A stretch of DNA of 58,289 bases, from assembly GCA_040901865.1 (NCBI GenBank), contig JBBDYD010000136.1, forward strand, positions 29,912 to 88,200, read 5' to 3'. The DNA is from Bacteroidota bacterium. Its GTDB lineage: Bacteria; Bacteroidota; Ignavibacteria; UBA10030. The translations under genes and the position numbers were made by a program. Below the pieces are notes generated by a model that ran no database searches, was not told the origin of the DNA, and worked only from the letters and a program-made list of their open reading frames with translations. This document shows positions 9,577-19,178 of the stretch, in pieces (the first letter of the stretch is position 1; every line of letters begins with the position of its first letter).

Positions 9577-12459
9577 ATGAGCGTTCATAGTCATATCATC
9601 CAGTGCTGCAGCTTTCTTGCCCTGTTCCTGCTGGCCGTAGTCGGGAATCTCTCGGCCCAGACATCAGGCAAGATCTCGGGCACCGTGGCGGACGCGGCAA
9701 CGGGTGAGATACTCCTGGGTGTTAACGTCTTCATTTCCGGGACAACAATCGGCGCCGCCACGGATCTGGAGGGGACGTACTTCATTCTGAACATTCCCCC
9801 CGGGGAATATGATTTGACCGCCTCGATGGTCGGGTACCAGCAGACCGTCATGCGCGGGGTCATTGTGCATGCGGGCAGGACGACCGAAGCAGATTTTCGC
9901 CTTTCCGAAGCGATCCTGGCCATGGATGAAGTCGTGATCCAGGCCGTTCGACCGGATGTCGAAAAAGAGAAGACATCAACGAGTGCCATTATCCGCTTTG
10001 ACGAAGTGCAGTCGCTTCCCGGGATCAGGGATGTCGGCAGTATCCTGTCATTGGCTGCAGACGTCACCGACGGTCATTTCCGGGGCGGCCGTTTAGGGGA
10101 GGAGTACTACACACTTCAGGGAATGGGCATCGTCAACCCTCTGGATAATTCATCGGCGTTCTTGCCGATCATGAGCGGTGTGGAGGAAGTGGAGGTCATC
10201 ACCAGCGGATTCGGGGCGCAATACGGTAACGCCCAATCCGGAGTCGTGAATATCTCTATGAAAGAGGGAAGGATTGACCGGTGGACGACGAGGTTTGAAT
10301 CGCGAACCCGCACTCCCGGCCGAAAGCATTTCGGCCCGAGCGCCTATGATCAGAACGCGAATCTGTACCTCTCACTTCTCCTGAGCGGAGACGTCTGGCT
10401 CAGCGGAGATCCGGGCGCCGATACGCCTCAGCCGTACTACGGAAGCATGGGGTCGGGGCTGACGAGCAGTTATGCGCAAGATACTCTAACGCAGGTTGCT
10501 GTGGCCCAGGCGCTGTGGCGGCAGACGCGCCGCGATCTTGACCGACCGTACGGGTCAGAGCTTGATTACTCTGTGGAGGTTGCCACGGGCGGACCGATCG
10601 CTCCTGGCCTCCGCATGTTCATGGCTCTTCGTACGAATACCGAGTGGCCCGTGTTCCCGGTGGAAAAGCCGGATATTCAATATCAGGCGATGGGAAATGT
10701 TGTGTACGATATCGGTGAAGGAAAGTCCCTTCGGTTCAGCGGCGGACTTACAGAAGAGACAGCAAACGTTTTTCCCGGAGCAAACAGTGTGGGCGGATAT
10801 CAGCGCTGGCTCTGGGACCGGATCACCGGCATCAATTACCGCAAGAGCACCAACGCCCAGATTGGAGTCCGATTCACCCACGCGCTGAGTCAGAGCACGT
10901 TCTATGAATTGAAACTCAACTCACTGTTCACAACCAACAAGGTCGGGGCAACCCCGGTCCCGGGTTTTATTCCCGACTCTCTCAGTTTTGCCTGGCCGAC
11001 GGCCGTCCTCTCGTTTTCGAACAACAACTCTCCCGACGGGATCAATTATCAGGCCGGGTATGACAACTTTAGAACCGAACAGACACGAACCGTCTCATTT
11101 GACGGTTCTCTCACAAGTCAGATCACCAACTCTCATCTGCTAAACGCAGGAATGCAGATCAACGCCTACCTGATCGAAACCTCGAATGTCCTGAATCTTC
11201 GTTCAAACAGATATATCGAACAATACACCGGGACTCCGTTCGAAGGGGCCATCTATTTCCAGGATAAGATGGAATTCGAAGGGCTCATCGCGAATGCAGG
11301 CATTCGGCTCGATGTGTGGAATTCCGGCCGGGAGTACTACACAGATCTTTACACTCCGTTCCTTGCGGCCGATTCTGTCGGTGAATTCCATCCTGAATCT
11401 GCCCCCAAGAAGGAATCCCCCATTATCGGGCGTCTTCAGCCGCGTATCGGTGTGTCCTTCCCGATTTACGAGGGGACCGTGTTCCATCTCAACTATGGCT
11501 CATTCATGCAGCGCCCGTCGTTCCAATACGTGGTTTCTGAACGCGTGGCTCAACTGAACAATAGCCCTGTGATTCTGGGTAATGCCCGCCTCGAGCCGGA
11601 GGTAACCAACAGCTACGACATCGGCGTCATGCAGGCGCTCGGGGATGGTTTTACGCTCGACGTGAGCGGGTACTATAAAGACGTCAAGAATCTCCTTCAG
11701 CAAGCGAACTTCACGGATGACCGGGCCGGGAACCTTGTGAGCTCTTATTTCAACCTGGATTATGCCGACATTCGCGGATTCCGCGTGGCGCTGACGAAAC
11801 GGCGCGGCGATCTGACTGGATCGGTCAATTATCAGTACAGTTATGCGACCGGAAGAAGCGCTACGGCAACGGCGGCAACTCCCGCATTTTACCGCGACAC
11901 CACCGGAGCCGTGACGACGGATCTTGCGAACGTCCCGACGCGGGATATCATTCTCGATTTCGACCGCACGCACAACCTTGTCATCAAACTCGGATACGAA
12001 ACGGAGGATGCGTGGGGGCCGGAAGTGTTCGGATTCCGCCCGTTCTCCAATATGAATATTTCAACGATCTCTTTCGTGCGCAGCGGCCGGCCGTATACAT
12101 CTCCCTCCAACATCAAACTCATCAATGTGCTTCGGACGCCGTGGGAATACAACATGGATCTGCGCATCACCAAGCGAGTGGCGGACTTTTTCGGAGTTTC
12201 GGCGACATTCTACATGGAAGTGTTCAATCTGTTCGACAGCCGGATCCTGAATTATTCCTACATCTTTCAGCGGCCAACGGCCACGAATCCCAATCTCCCT
12301 CTTCAATACTACGAGAGCTATCCCGTCGACGACCGGAACAATGGGATCCGCTACTGGTGGGATAAAGGAAGACAGGGTCCGTTTGCCGTGGATCAGTCAT
12401 TCCTGATCTACAGCAACCAGCCGCGTTCGTACAGCTTCGGAATGGTGATCGAACTGTGA
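9577..12459 (+). CDS. TonB-dependent receptor-like outer membrane protein with N-terminal carboxypeptidase regulatory-like domain
   Basis: 960 aa. Signal peptide. GKISGTV.D..TGE.L.GVNV......GA.TD..G.Y pattern, then a plug-like region and a long beta-barrel ending in an aromatic-rich C-terminus. Confidence 0.8.
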   Translation: MSVHSHIIQCCSFLALFLLAVVGNLSAQTSGKISGTVADAATGEILLGVNVFISGTTIGAATDLEGTYFILNIPPGEYDLTASMVGYQQTVMRGVIVHAGRTTEADFRLSEAILAMDEVVIQAVRPDVEKEKTSTSAIIRFDEVQSLPGIRDVGSILSLAADVTDGHFRGGRLGEEYYTLQGMGIVNPLDNSSAFLPIMSGVEEVEVITSGFGAQYGNAQSGVVNISMKEGRIDRWTTRFESRTRTPGRKHFGPSAYDQNANLYLSLLLSGDVWLSGDPGADTPQPYYGSMGSGLTSSYAQDTLTQVAVAQALWRQTRRDLDRPYGSELDYSVEVATGGPIAPGLRMFMALRTNTEWPVFPVEKPDIQYQAMGNVVYDIGEGKSLRFSGGLTEETANVFPGANSVGGYQRWLWDRITGINYRKSTNAQIGVRFTHALSQSTFYELKLNSLFTTNKVGATPVPGFIPDSLSFAWPTAVLSFSNNNSPDGINYQAGYDNFRTEQTRTVSFDGSLTSQITNSHLLNAGMQINAYLIETSNVLNLRSNRYIEQYTGTPFEGAIYFQDKMEFEGLIANAGIRLDVWNSGREYYTDLYTPFLAADSVGEFHPESAPKKESPIIGRLQPRIGVSFPIYEGTVFHLNYGSFMQRPSFQYVVSERVAQLNNSPVILGNARLEPEVTNSYDIGVMQALGDGFTLDVSGYYKDVKNLLQQANFTDDRAGNLVSSYFNLDYADIRGFRVALTKRRGDLTGSVNYQYSYATGRSATATAATPAFYRDTTGAVTTDLANVPTRDIILDFDRTHNLVIKLGYETEDAWGPEVFGFRPFSNMNISTISFVRSGRPYTSPSNIKLINVLRTPWEYNMDLRITKRVADFFGVSATFYMEVFNLFDSRILNYSYIFQRPTATNPNLPLQYYESYPVDDRNNGIRYWWDKGRQGPFAVDQSFLIYSNQPRSYSFGMVIEL

Positions 12460-14693
12460 GATCTTCAACCATCATACATGCATTGGCGCTTCTGACCCTG
12501 GCTGCTTCCGTGCAGGCGCAGGTCCGCGATTGGCGCGTGCACAGCCGCGGCCTGCTTCATCAAAGCGTTTTTAATACAGGAGAATTGGGAAGAGCGTACA
12601 ATGCCGGCGGGACGATCCAGCAGGGAATCCCCTCCATGGAATATCCCCCCCGGTCATCCATGATCCTCGACAGGACAAACTATCCGGGTCAGCACAATTC
12701 GTTCGGTAGCGGCATCTGGCTCGCCGGTACCAGGCCTGTCATCGGCCGGCAATATGCGTTTTGCGGAGCCGTCTCAGACGCGAGCGGCAATCCGGTGACC
12801 GTGGCGGGGGTGTACGCCAATCCCATCAATCTTCAACGGATCGAAAACTTTCCTGTGCTGTCCAACGGGAACCTGAACCCGTCCTTCAATCCGGACGAGG
12901 CCGAGGAGAAGATCATTGCGCAATGGTCAACGCCGGTCGGCATCACCGTCACGCGCACCAGCCGGGCCTGGAGTTATCCCGGTTATGACAGCTTCATCAT
13001 TTATGAATACGAATTTCAGAACACGACGACGGACACGATCTCAGACTTCTTCGTAACGTTTGCCAATACGTTCGGTCCATCAATGTTTGGTTATCAGCGA
13101 AATCATGGTCAATGGGTGGAAGGTTCGTTCCGCGGACAACCGCCGAGCGGGTTGGGTGATCATTTCTCCCGATTTGATCTTAAGAGATACATGTCCTACA
13201 ACCACGATCGTGAGGGGCTCCCGGATCCGGATTTCTTTGATACCTGGTCAGGTCCCGGCGATCGTGGCGGATTGAACTCACCGCAGGCCGTTGGCCTCGC
13301 GGTGTTACATTACGATTATGCTCATCTGAGCACGAGGAGTCAAACGAGTCAGGTATGGGTCCAGGCGTCTGACAGTGCCGGAATGTGGGATGCCAACGAC
13401 AAAGCGAAACAGCCGTTCATGCTTCGGTATGAGAACGGCAATCTTCCCGCCGCGGCAAAAACCGAATCCTGGATGAATCCTGTTGCACAGAGGAGAACCG
13501 GGATATTTTCGCCCTCGCAAAGTATTACTCCTTCACAGGATTCAACGCGTTTTGTCAATCAATTCGAGCCGGCCTTGTGGGACTATTGGAAGGGTCGTAC
13601 GAAAGGATCTACAAATCTCTCGTGGTGGCAACCGGTGACACGCGGCCTCGGCTTCTACCCGTTCCTTGTGCCGCCCGGCGAGACCGTCCGGTTTACCGTG
13701 GCAGAAGTTGCCGGATACGGTCCGGGTGTTGCCGGAGATCGAGTGTATAAAGACCTCGGCGGCAACGTCCGCGCGGGCGTTGATGCAGGCATCTACTTTA
13801 ATCCCGTTCCGAGCTGGTATGACACGCTTCAGTATGATCACCTTGGAAGCAAGCCGTACATCGGAAGCCGATACTTGCAGGATCATCCTTTGCCCTGGTA
13901 TGTGACTCCCGGCGTTGTGTCCATCCGGGATGTTGCAGACCGGGCCATTCAGGCGTATACGGGTCAGCCGCTCATTAAGTACGATACGTTGCAGTACGAG
14001 CCGATCAATGCCCCGGCGGCAGGCGTGTATAACACGATCCCGATTCCCGTGCCCGCGCCGACGATCCGCATCGAAAATACGCGGGCTGCTGCAAATCAGA
14101 TCGTCTGGGGGCCTCAAGTGGAATCCTTCAGCGCGCCCCGATTAAATGCTCCGTTCAAGCACTATGAAGTGCTGCGAGCACAGCATCCGCTTGGCCCCTG
14201 GGCTGTCATTGACAGTATTCCGCCGCAGGATCCCCGTTACTGGAGGGATTCGGTGTACGTGGTCCTGGATGTGGAAAGCAATCTGGGTGAATTCGTCGCG
14301 TACTCGGTGGTGTCAGTGGATTCTGCCGGCGGACGAAGCGGCATGAGCAACATGGTGCGGCATGAAACGCAGGCTCCGGCGGTGCAGACGCTCGGGAAGG
14401 TGTACGTCGTCCCCAATCCGCTCATAGTCACGAGCGGACTGAGCGGCTCTGATCCTGCCGGCGAGGTAACGGATCGCATCCAGTTCATGGGGCTCCCCAG
14501 CAGATGCACGATTAGAATATTCTCTTACGCGGGTCAGCTCATCAACACGATCGAACATAACCGCGACACGTTCGGCAAACCGTGGTACCAGATCTCTCGC
14601 AACACGCAGGTCGTCGCGTCGGGCGTATACTTTTTTGTTGTCGAAGATGATCAGGGACGAAGGTCCAATGGAAAATTTGTCGTGATTCACTAA
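12456..14693 (+). CDS. Large secreted protein of unknown function with degenerate T9SS/FlgD-Ig-like C-terminal domain
   Basis: 745 aa. Signal peptide ALALLTLAASVQAQ. I recognise no catalytic motif. C-terminus VYVVPNP...CTIRIFSYAGQLI...ASGVYFFVV resembles a sorting-domain beta-sandwich. Translationally coupled (GTGA) to the receptor gene. Confidence 0.6.
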   Translation: MRSSTIIHALALLTLAASVQAQVRDWRVHSRGLLHQSVFNTGELGRAYNAGGTIQQGIPSMEYPPRSSMILDRTNYPGQHNSFGSGIWLAGTRPVIGRQYAFCGAVSDASGNPVTVAGVYANPINLQRIENFPVLSNGNLNPSFNPDEAEEKIIAQWSTPVGITVTRTSRAWSYPGYDSFIIYEYEFQNTTTDTISDFFVTFANTFGPSMFGYQRNHGQWVEGSFRGQPPSGLGDHFSRFDLKRYMSYNHDREGLPDPDFFDTWSGPGDRGGLNSPQAVGLAVLHYDYAHLSTRSQTSQVWVQASDSAGMWDANDKAKQPFMLRYENGNLPAAAKTESWMNPVAQRRTGIFSPSQSITPSQDSTRFVNQFEPALWDYWKGRTKGSTNLSWWQPVTRGLGFYPFLVPPGETVRFTVAEVAGYGPGVAGDRVYKDLGGNVRAGVDAGIYFNPVPSWYDTLQYDHLGSKPYIGSRYLQDHPLPWYVTPGVVSIRDVADRAIQAYTGQPLIKYDTLQYEPINAPAAGVYNTIPIPVPAPTIRIENTRAAANQIVWGPQVESFSAPRLNAPFKHYEVLRAQHPLGPWAVIDSIPPQDPRYWRDSVYVVLDVESNLGEFVAYSVVSVDSAGGRSGMSNMVRHETQAPAVQTLGKVYVVPNPLIVTSGLSGSDPAGEVTDRIQFMGLPSRCTIRIFSYAGQLINTIEHNRDTFGKPWYQISRNTQVVASGVYFFVVEDDQGRRSNGKFVVIH

Positions 14694-14696
14694 ACG

Positions 14697-15764
14697 ATGA
14701 GCCGATCAGCAACATATGCACGGGCAACGAAGGCTGCGAGCATTAGAAGGAAGCTGCTTGCGGTTCTCGTGGGAGTGCTCCTTGCGAGCGCTCCCGCTGT
14801 TGCCCAAAAGGTGGGGAGCACCGCGATGCAGTTCCTTAAGGTGATGCCCAGCGCCCGGGCGACTGCACTTGGCGAAGCGTACAGCGTCTGGGCTTCGGGT
14901 GCGGAGGCGGTTGCCTGGAATCCGGGAGGCGTGGCGCTCGTGCTGAATCACGAAGTCTCGGCGACATACATTGACTGGTTGTTTGATACCCGGCAAGGAG
15001 CTCTTTCGTACGCGCTTTCACTTGGCGACATCGGCGCCCTTGGTCTGCAGGTTCAGTACGTGGACTTCGGCGAGTTCGAGGAAACCACAAATCAGCGTCC
15101 GTTCATCAGCGACCCGGACAACCCGGGGCTCACCGGCAGGACGTTCCGCCCTTTTAGCGCGCTCTTCGGAGTGACCTATGCCCGTTCTCTGACAGACAGG
15201 TTCTCGGTCGGGTTGGGAGTCAAATACGTTCACGAATCTCTCTTTGGCGGTCAAAGCATCAATGCAATGGTTACGCAGGGAGTGTTTGAAAGCGTGAACA
15301 CCTGGGGAAACGGCGTTTTATTCGATTTTGGCATGCGGTATAACACCGGTTATCGGACGATCCATGTGGCGGCCTCGGTGCAGAATTTCGGGGCAGACGT
15401 GACATTTGCCAGGGAATCGAATCCGGTTCCGCTCCTGTTCCGGTTTGGCATCGCGGCCGATCTGATGGGGCCGAATGCGCTTCTTGCAATTGACGAGGGA
15501 AACCGGCTGAGTGCCGCATTCGATATTTTCCATCCCAACGATTATTCCCAGCAGGGTCATGTCGGCGTCGAGTACGAATTTGCTTCGGTCATTGCCCTGC
15601 GGGCCGGATACAAGCTCAACTATGATTTTGAGGGGCTGACCTTCGGAGGCGGAATCAAGCACCAGCTGGCGGGTGTGGGCCTTTCCCTCGATTACAGCTA
15701 TGGTTCCATGGGAACGTATTTGGGCAGCGTTCAGCGCATCAGTATCGGTGCCGTGCTGCCATGA
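14697..15764 (+). CDS. PorV/PorQ-like outer membrane beta-barrel protein
   Basis: 355 aa. Signal peptide. GSTAMQFLKV.PSARATALGEAY...GAEAV.WNPGG is the characteristic N-terminal block of the PorV/PorQ family. Alternating beta-strand pattern throughout. Confidence 0.65.
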   Translation: MSRSATYARATKAASIRRKLLAVLVGVLLASAPAVAQKVGSTAMQFLKVMPSARATALGEAYSVWASGAEAVAWNPGGVALVLNHEVSATYIDWLFDTRQGALSYALSLGDIGALGLQVQYVDFGEFEETTNQRPFISDPDNPGLTGRTFRPFSALFGVTYARSLTDRFSVGLGVKYVHESLFGGQSINAMVTQGVFESVNTWGNGVLFDFGMRYNTGYRTIHVAASVQNFGADVTFARESNPVPLLFRFGIAADLMGPNALLAIDEGNRLSAAFDIFHPNDYSQQGHVGVEYEFASVIALRAGYKLNYDFEGLTFGGGIKHQLAGVGLSLDYSYGSMGTYLGSVQRISIGAVLP

Positions 15765-17245
15765 GAATGAGACCGCGAATGTCCATAGCGATTCCGGTTT
15801 GCCTGCTCACGCTCAGCATCGCTGCGACAGGTTCTCTCAACGCTCAGGGATACAACGGTCCTCTGACGATCCAGGGACTCGAGCAGACGACGATGCACTC
15901 CGTTTCCGCACGGGCAACGGGAGGGATTTCTCTGGGCATCACGAGCGACGTTGGGGCGATGTTTCAGAATCCGGCTTCATTGTATCAGCTTTCCAATCCG
16001 CAAATTTCCGCCGGCGGTTTTCTGCAGGTCAGAAGCCAGAGGCAAACCCAGCACTTTGCGCCTGTCCGATATTATTCCAACTTCAGTCTCCTGATGGAAG
16101 GGTTGACGCACCTCATTCCGGATCCGTCGTCCGGCGGATTCACAGTGCGGGACACGGTGCAACGGCCCTATGACGCCATTCGTCCGAATTGGGCGCGCTC
16201 CGGAAATCACACTGCTCCGCTGCAGGGCCTGCTTGCCGTTCCGTTCACTATCGGGGAGTTCAAGGTGGTGGCGGGAGCCGGAGTCGTGGAGTATGCGAAT
16301 GTGGATCATTTCTATCAGAACAACAATGTTCTCATGCCGGCGCTGTTCCTTCAGCGGCCTCTTCCAACGTTCAGGCCGCCCGACAATGCTCCGATCATCG
16401 CTGATTGGTATCAATACATCCAATCCCGCGAAGGGGCGATCCGCGGGTACGGCGGAGCGGTATCGGCGGGGTGGGATGAGATCGGATTCTCGTTCGGGAT
16501 CAGCGGAATGATCCTCAACGGAAGTTCGGACGACTTCGAGAGTTTGGTGAGCAGAGGCAGGCTGACGTTCTATTCGAATGCCTTTCGCCTGGATTCCGTT
16601 TACAGCCGCACGACGAGCACGGGAACGTCCGACTATGAGGGAGAAGAATTCACGCTCAACGCGGTGTATCTCGGCCGGTTTGTCAGGATTGCAGCAACTG
16701 CCACCCTGCCGATGGAGATCCGGAGAATCTACTCGATGGAAACAAGTACCGATTCGACCGGAATACCGATTGTGACATCGTCGACCGGCAGGGACCGTAT
16801 TCAGATCCCACTCCGGGCAACAGTTTCCCTTGTGCTGATGCCGCGGGAGAATCTCACGCTCGGGCTGGAGTATAAGACCCGGCCGTATGCGTCAGCCGTG
16901 TACCGATCAGCTGCCGGAGTCGAATCGTCCCCGTGGCTTTCGTCGTCGATCGTCCGGATCGGCGCAGAGTATCGTCCGTTGGACTGGCTTTCACTGCGAG
17001 GCGGTCTTCGGGGGCAGTCGGAGGTCTTTCAGCCGGACGGAAATCCGATCGAAGGCGAACCCGTGACGTTCTCGGTTTATACTGCCGGGTTTGGCGTCAA
17101 CTACGCGGGTGTCAGGTTCAATCTTGCGTACGAATATGGAAGAATGAAGTATCAGGACGTCTGGGGAAGTGCCGTGAGCTTCAACAGTTACAGGCGAAAT
17201 ACGGTTGCGGCGAACATTGAGTACGATCTTCCGGTGCTCTGGTGA
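15761..17245 (+). CDS. Outer membrane beta-barrel protein, distantly PorV/FadL-like, unknown function
   Basis: 494 aa. Signal peptide. SARATGGISLG...MFQNPASL echoes the block in the preceding gene. C-terminal aromatic residue. ATGA overlap with the upstream gene. Confidence 0.5.
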   Translation: MRMRPRMSIAIPVCLLTLSIAATGSLNAQGYNGPLTIQGLEQTTMHSVSARATGGISLGITSDVGAMFQNPASLYQLSNPQISAGGFLQVRSQRQTQHFAPVRYYSNFSLLMEGLTHLIPDPSSGGFTVRDTVQRPYDAIRPNWARSGNHTAPLQGLLAVPFTIGEFKVVAGAGVVEYANVDHFYQNNNVLMPALFLQRPLPTFRPPDNAPIIADWYQYIQSREGAIRGYGGAVSAGWDEIGFSFGISGMILNGSSDDFESLVSRGRLTFYSNAFRLDSVYSRTTSTGTSDYEGEEFTLNAVYLGRFVRIAATATLPMEIRRIYSMETSTDSTGIPIVTSSTGRDRIQIPLRATVSLVLMPRENLTLGLEYKTRPYASAVYRSAAGVESSPWLSSSIVRIGAEYRPLDWLSLRGGLRGQSEVFQPDGNPIEGEPVTFSVYTAGFGVNYAGVRFNLAYEYGRMKYQDVWGSAVSFNSYRRNTVAANIEYDLPVLW

Positions 17246-17309
17246 TCCGCCGCATCACAACAAGGATGTCATAATTCAAGATCCATTCACCAACCTCAGG
17301 AGGTGCATC

Positions 17310-19130
17310 ATGAGGACTTTCTACGTTGTTATTCTTCTCACGTGTTCTGTCGCGATGGTCTTCGCCCAGAGTGCGGGAGATTATCGTTCGGTTGCGAGCG
17401 GCAACTGGAGCGTCTCAGGAACCTGGCAGACGTTTAACGGCTCGATCTGGGGCGCGGCAGCATCGCCTCCCACCGGATCCGAAGTGATCACCGTACTAGC
17501 TGCGGACTCGGTGTACGTCGATGTTGCAGTGACGATCACCGACACGCTGAAGCACCAGGGAATCGTTGCCGGAGGAGTGAATCTGACGGTCGGCAACGGC
17601 GGCGTGTACCAGTACGATCGGGATGCCGGGTCACTTCCGGCGGGTACAACCTGGGCAACAGGGTCGACGTACTATGTTACCGGAATTACCGCGACGGCCC
17701 CTGCGAACAGAAATCAGAATTTCTACAACATCGTTCTCAACACCCCAAACATGGCTTCGAATCGGGATCTGGGTTTCGACAGTACCACCGTTTCCGGAAA
17801 TATCACCGTCCTGGCATCGGGAACCGGTTCGATCCGATGGCAAATGGGTGCTCCGCTGGCTGGTGATACAATCATCGCATGGCTTTTCGGTGACATCATC
17901 CAGCAAGGGGGACAATTCTCTTCGAACGGAACAAGCAACGCAAACAGCCATGTTGTGATCCATCACTATGGCAACACGACCGTTACGGGTGGCAATTTCT
18001 CCGTCAGCCGCGGCTCGCAGGGAGGTACCGGCAGCGTGCGATGGTATCTGTACGGCGACTTCTCCATGTCGAATGCAACAACGCAGAATTCGAATGTCTC
18101 CGGGGCGAGGTTCATTTTTGCAGCGCAAGGCACGCAGACACTCGAGCTGGGCAGCGGAAATACGCTCACCGCCTTCCCGATGGAGATCGACAGCGGAACA
18201 ACGGTTGACATGGGGTTGAGCAAGTTACGAGGGAGCGGAAGGTTTGTCGTTCATGACGGGGCATACCTGGCAACAGCGGAACCGGGCGGAATCGACAGTG
18301 CAGTAAGCGTCAGCGGGACTCCGTTCACCTTGAGCAAGAAGGCTGGATACTTTTTCAATGGAGTGGTGAACCAGGTAACGGGGACAAGAATGCCGGATAC
18401 GGTCTCTGTTCTTGTCACTGACAACCCGGACACGCTTACCCTTAGTGACACCGTTGCGGTTACCAACGCACTCATACTGAGGAGCGGTGTGCTGAACAAT
18501 ACTCATCCGTTTACGCTCGGACCCGATGCATCTCTTGGTACCGGTCATGCTAACGGGATTGCCGGCATTGCGGATCAGCTTGTTGTACCGTTTGATCCCT
18601 CCAATGTGACGAGATTCGATTTTGTCGGATTGGCCAACCAGGTGACGAGTGCGGCAATGCCGGATACCATTGTCAACCTGACGATCGATAATCCGGATAC
18701 CGTCTTTCTTTCGCTGGCCACGCATATCACGGGGATTCTCAGACTGAAGGCCGGCATTTTTGATAATACGATCCCATTCACCCTCGGGCCGAGTGCCACC
18801 ATTTCGTATGAAGGCGGTATGCTGAGAATCGCAACCTCGGCAGGAAACGCGGAGAATGTGATTCCGGAATCGTTCTTTGTCGAACAAAACTATCCGAATC
18901 CGTTCAACCCCGCGACGACCATTCGCTACGGAATATCCGAAGCATCCAACGTTTCGGCTGTTGTGTACAACATGCTTGGTCAGAAGGTCACCACCGTGTT
19001 CGAAGGCAGAAAAGAGCCGGGAACGCATCAACTGCGGTTCAACGCTTCCAATCTGCCCTCCGGCGTGTACCTGCTCCGCATCCAGGCCGGAAGCAACTCG
19101 ATGGTCAGGCGGATGGTGTTGATGAAATAG
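17310..19130 (+). CDS. Secreted repeat protein with T9SS C-terminal sorting domain, unknown function
   Basis: Start at MRTFYVV, preceded by AGGAGG. Signal peptide. Two tandem units of about 85-90 aa (NQVT...MPDT...DNPDT...PFTLGP). C-terminus EQNYPNPFNPATTIRY...GVYLLRI. Confidence 0.7.
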   Translation: MRTFYVVILLTCSVAMVFAQSAGDYRSVASGNWSVSGTWQTFNGSIWGAAASPPTGSEVITVLAADSVYVDVAVTITDTLKHQGIVAGGVNLTVGNGGVYQYDRDAGSLPAGTTWATGSTYYVTGITATAPANRNQNFYNIVLNTPNMASNRDLGFDSTTVSGNITVLASGTGSIRWQMGAPLAGDTIIAWLFGDIIQQGGQFSSNGTSNANSHVVIHHYGNTTVTGGNFSVSRGSQGGTGSVRWYLYGDFSMSNATTQNSNVSGARFIFAAQGTQTLELGSGNTLTAFPMEIDSGTTVDMGLSKLRGSGRFVVHDGAYLATAEPGGIDSAVSVSGTPFTLSKKAGYFFNGVVNQVTGTRMPDTVSVLVTDNPDTLTLSDTVAVTNALILRSGVLNNTHPFTLGPDASLGTGHANGIAGIADQLVVPFDPSNVTRFDFVGLANQVTSAAMPDTIVNLTIDNPDTVFLSLATHITGILRLKAGIFDNTIPFTLGPSATISYEGGMLRIATSAGNAENVIPESFFVEQNYPNPFNPATTIRYGISEASNVSAVVYNMLGQKVTTVFEGRKEPGTHQLRFNASNLPSGVYLLRIQAGSNSMVRRMVLMK

Positions 19131-19177
19131 TGAAGAGTGAAGAGTGAAGAGTGAAGAGTAAAGAGTAAAAAGAAAAG
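19129..19177. repeat. Heptanucleotide tandem array (AGTGAAG)4 decaying to AGTAAAG AGTAAAA AGAAAAG
   Basis: Seven consecutive 7-nt units fill the whole intergenic gap between the stop at 19130 and the ATG at 19179. Confidence 0.9.
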
Positions 19178-19178
19178 C

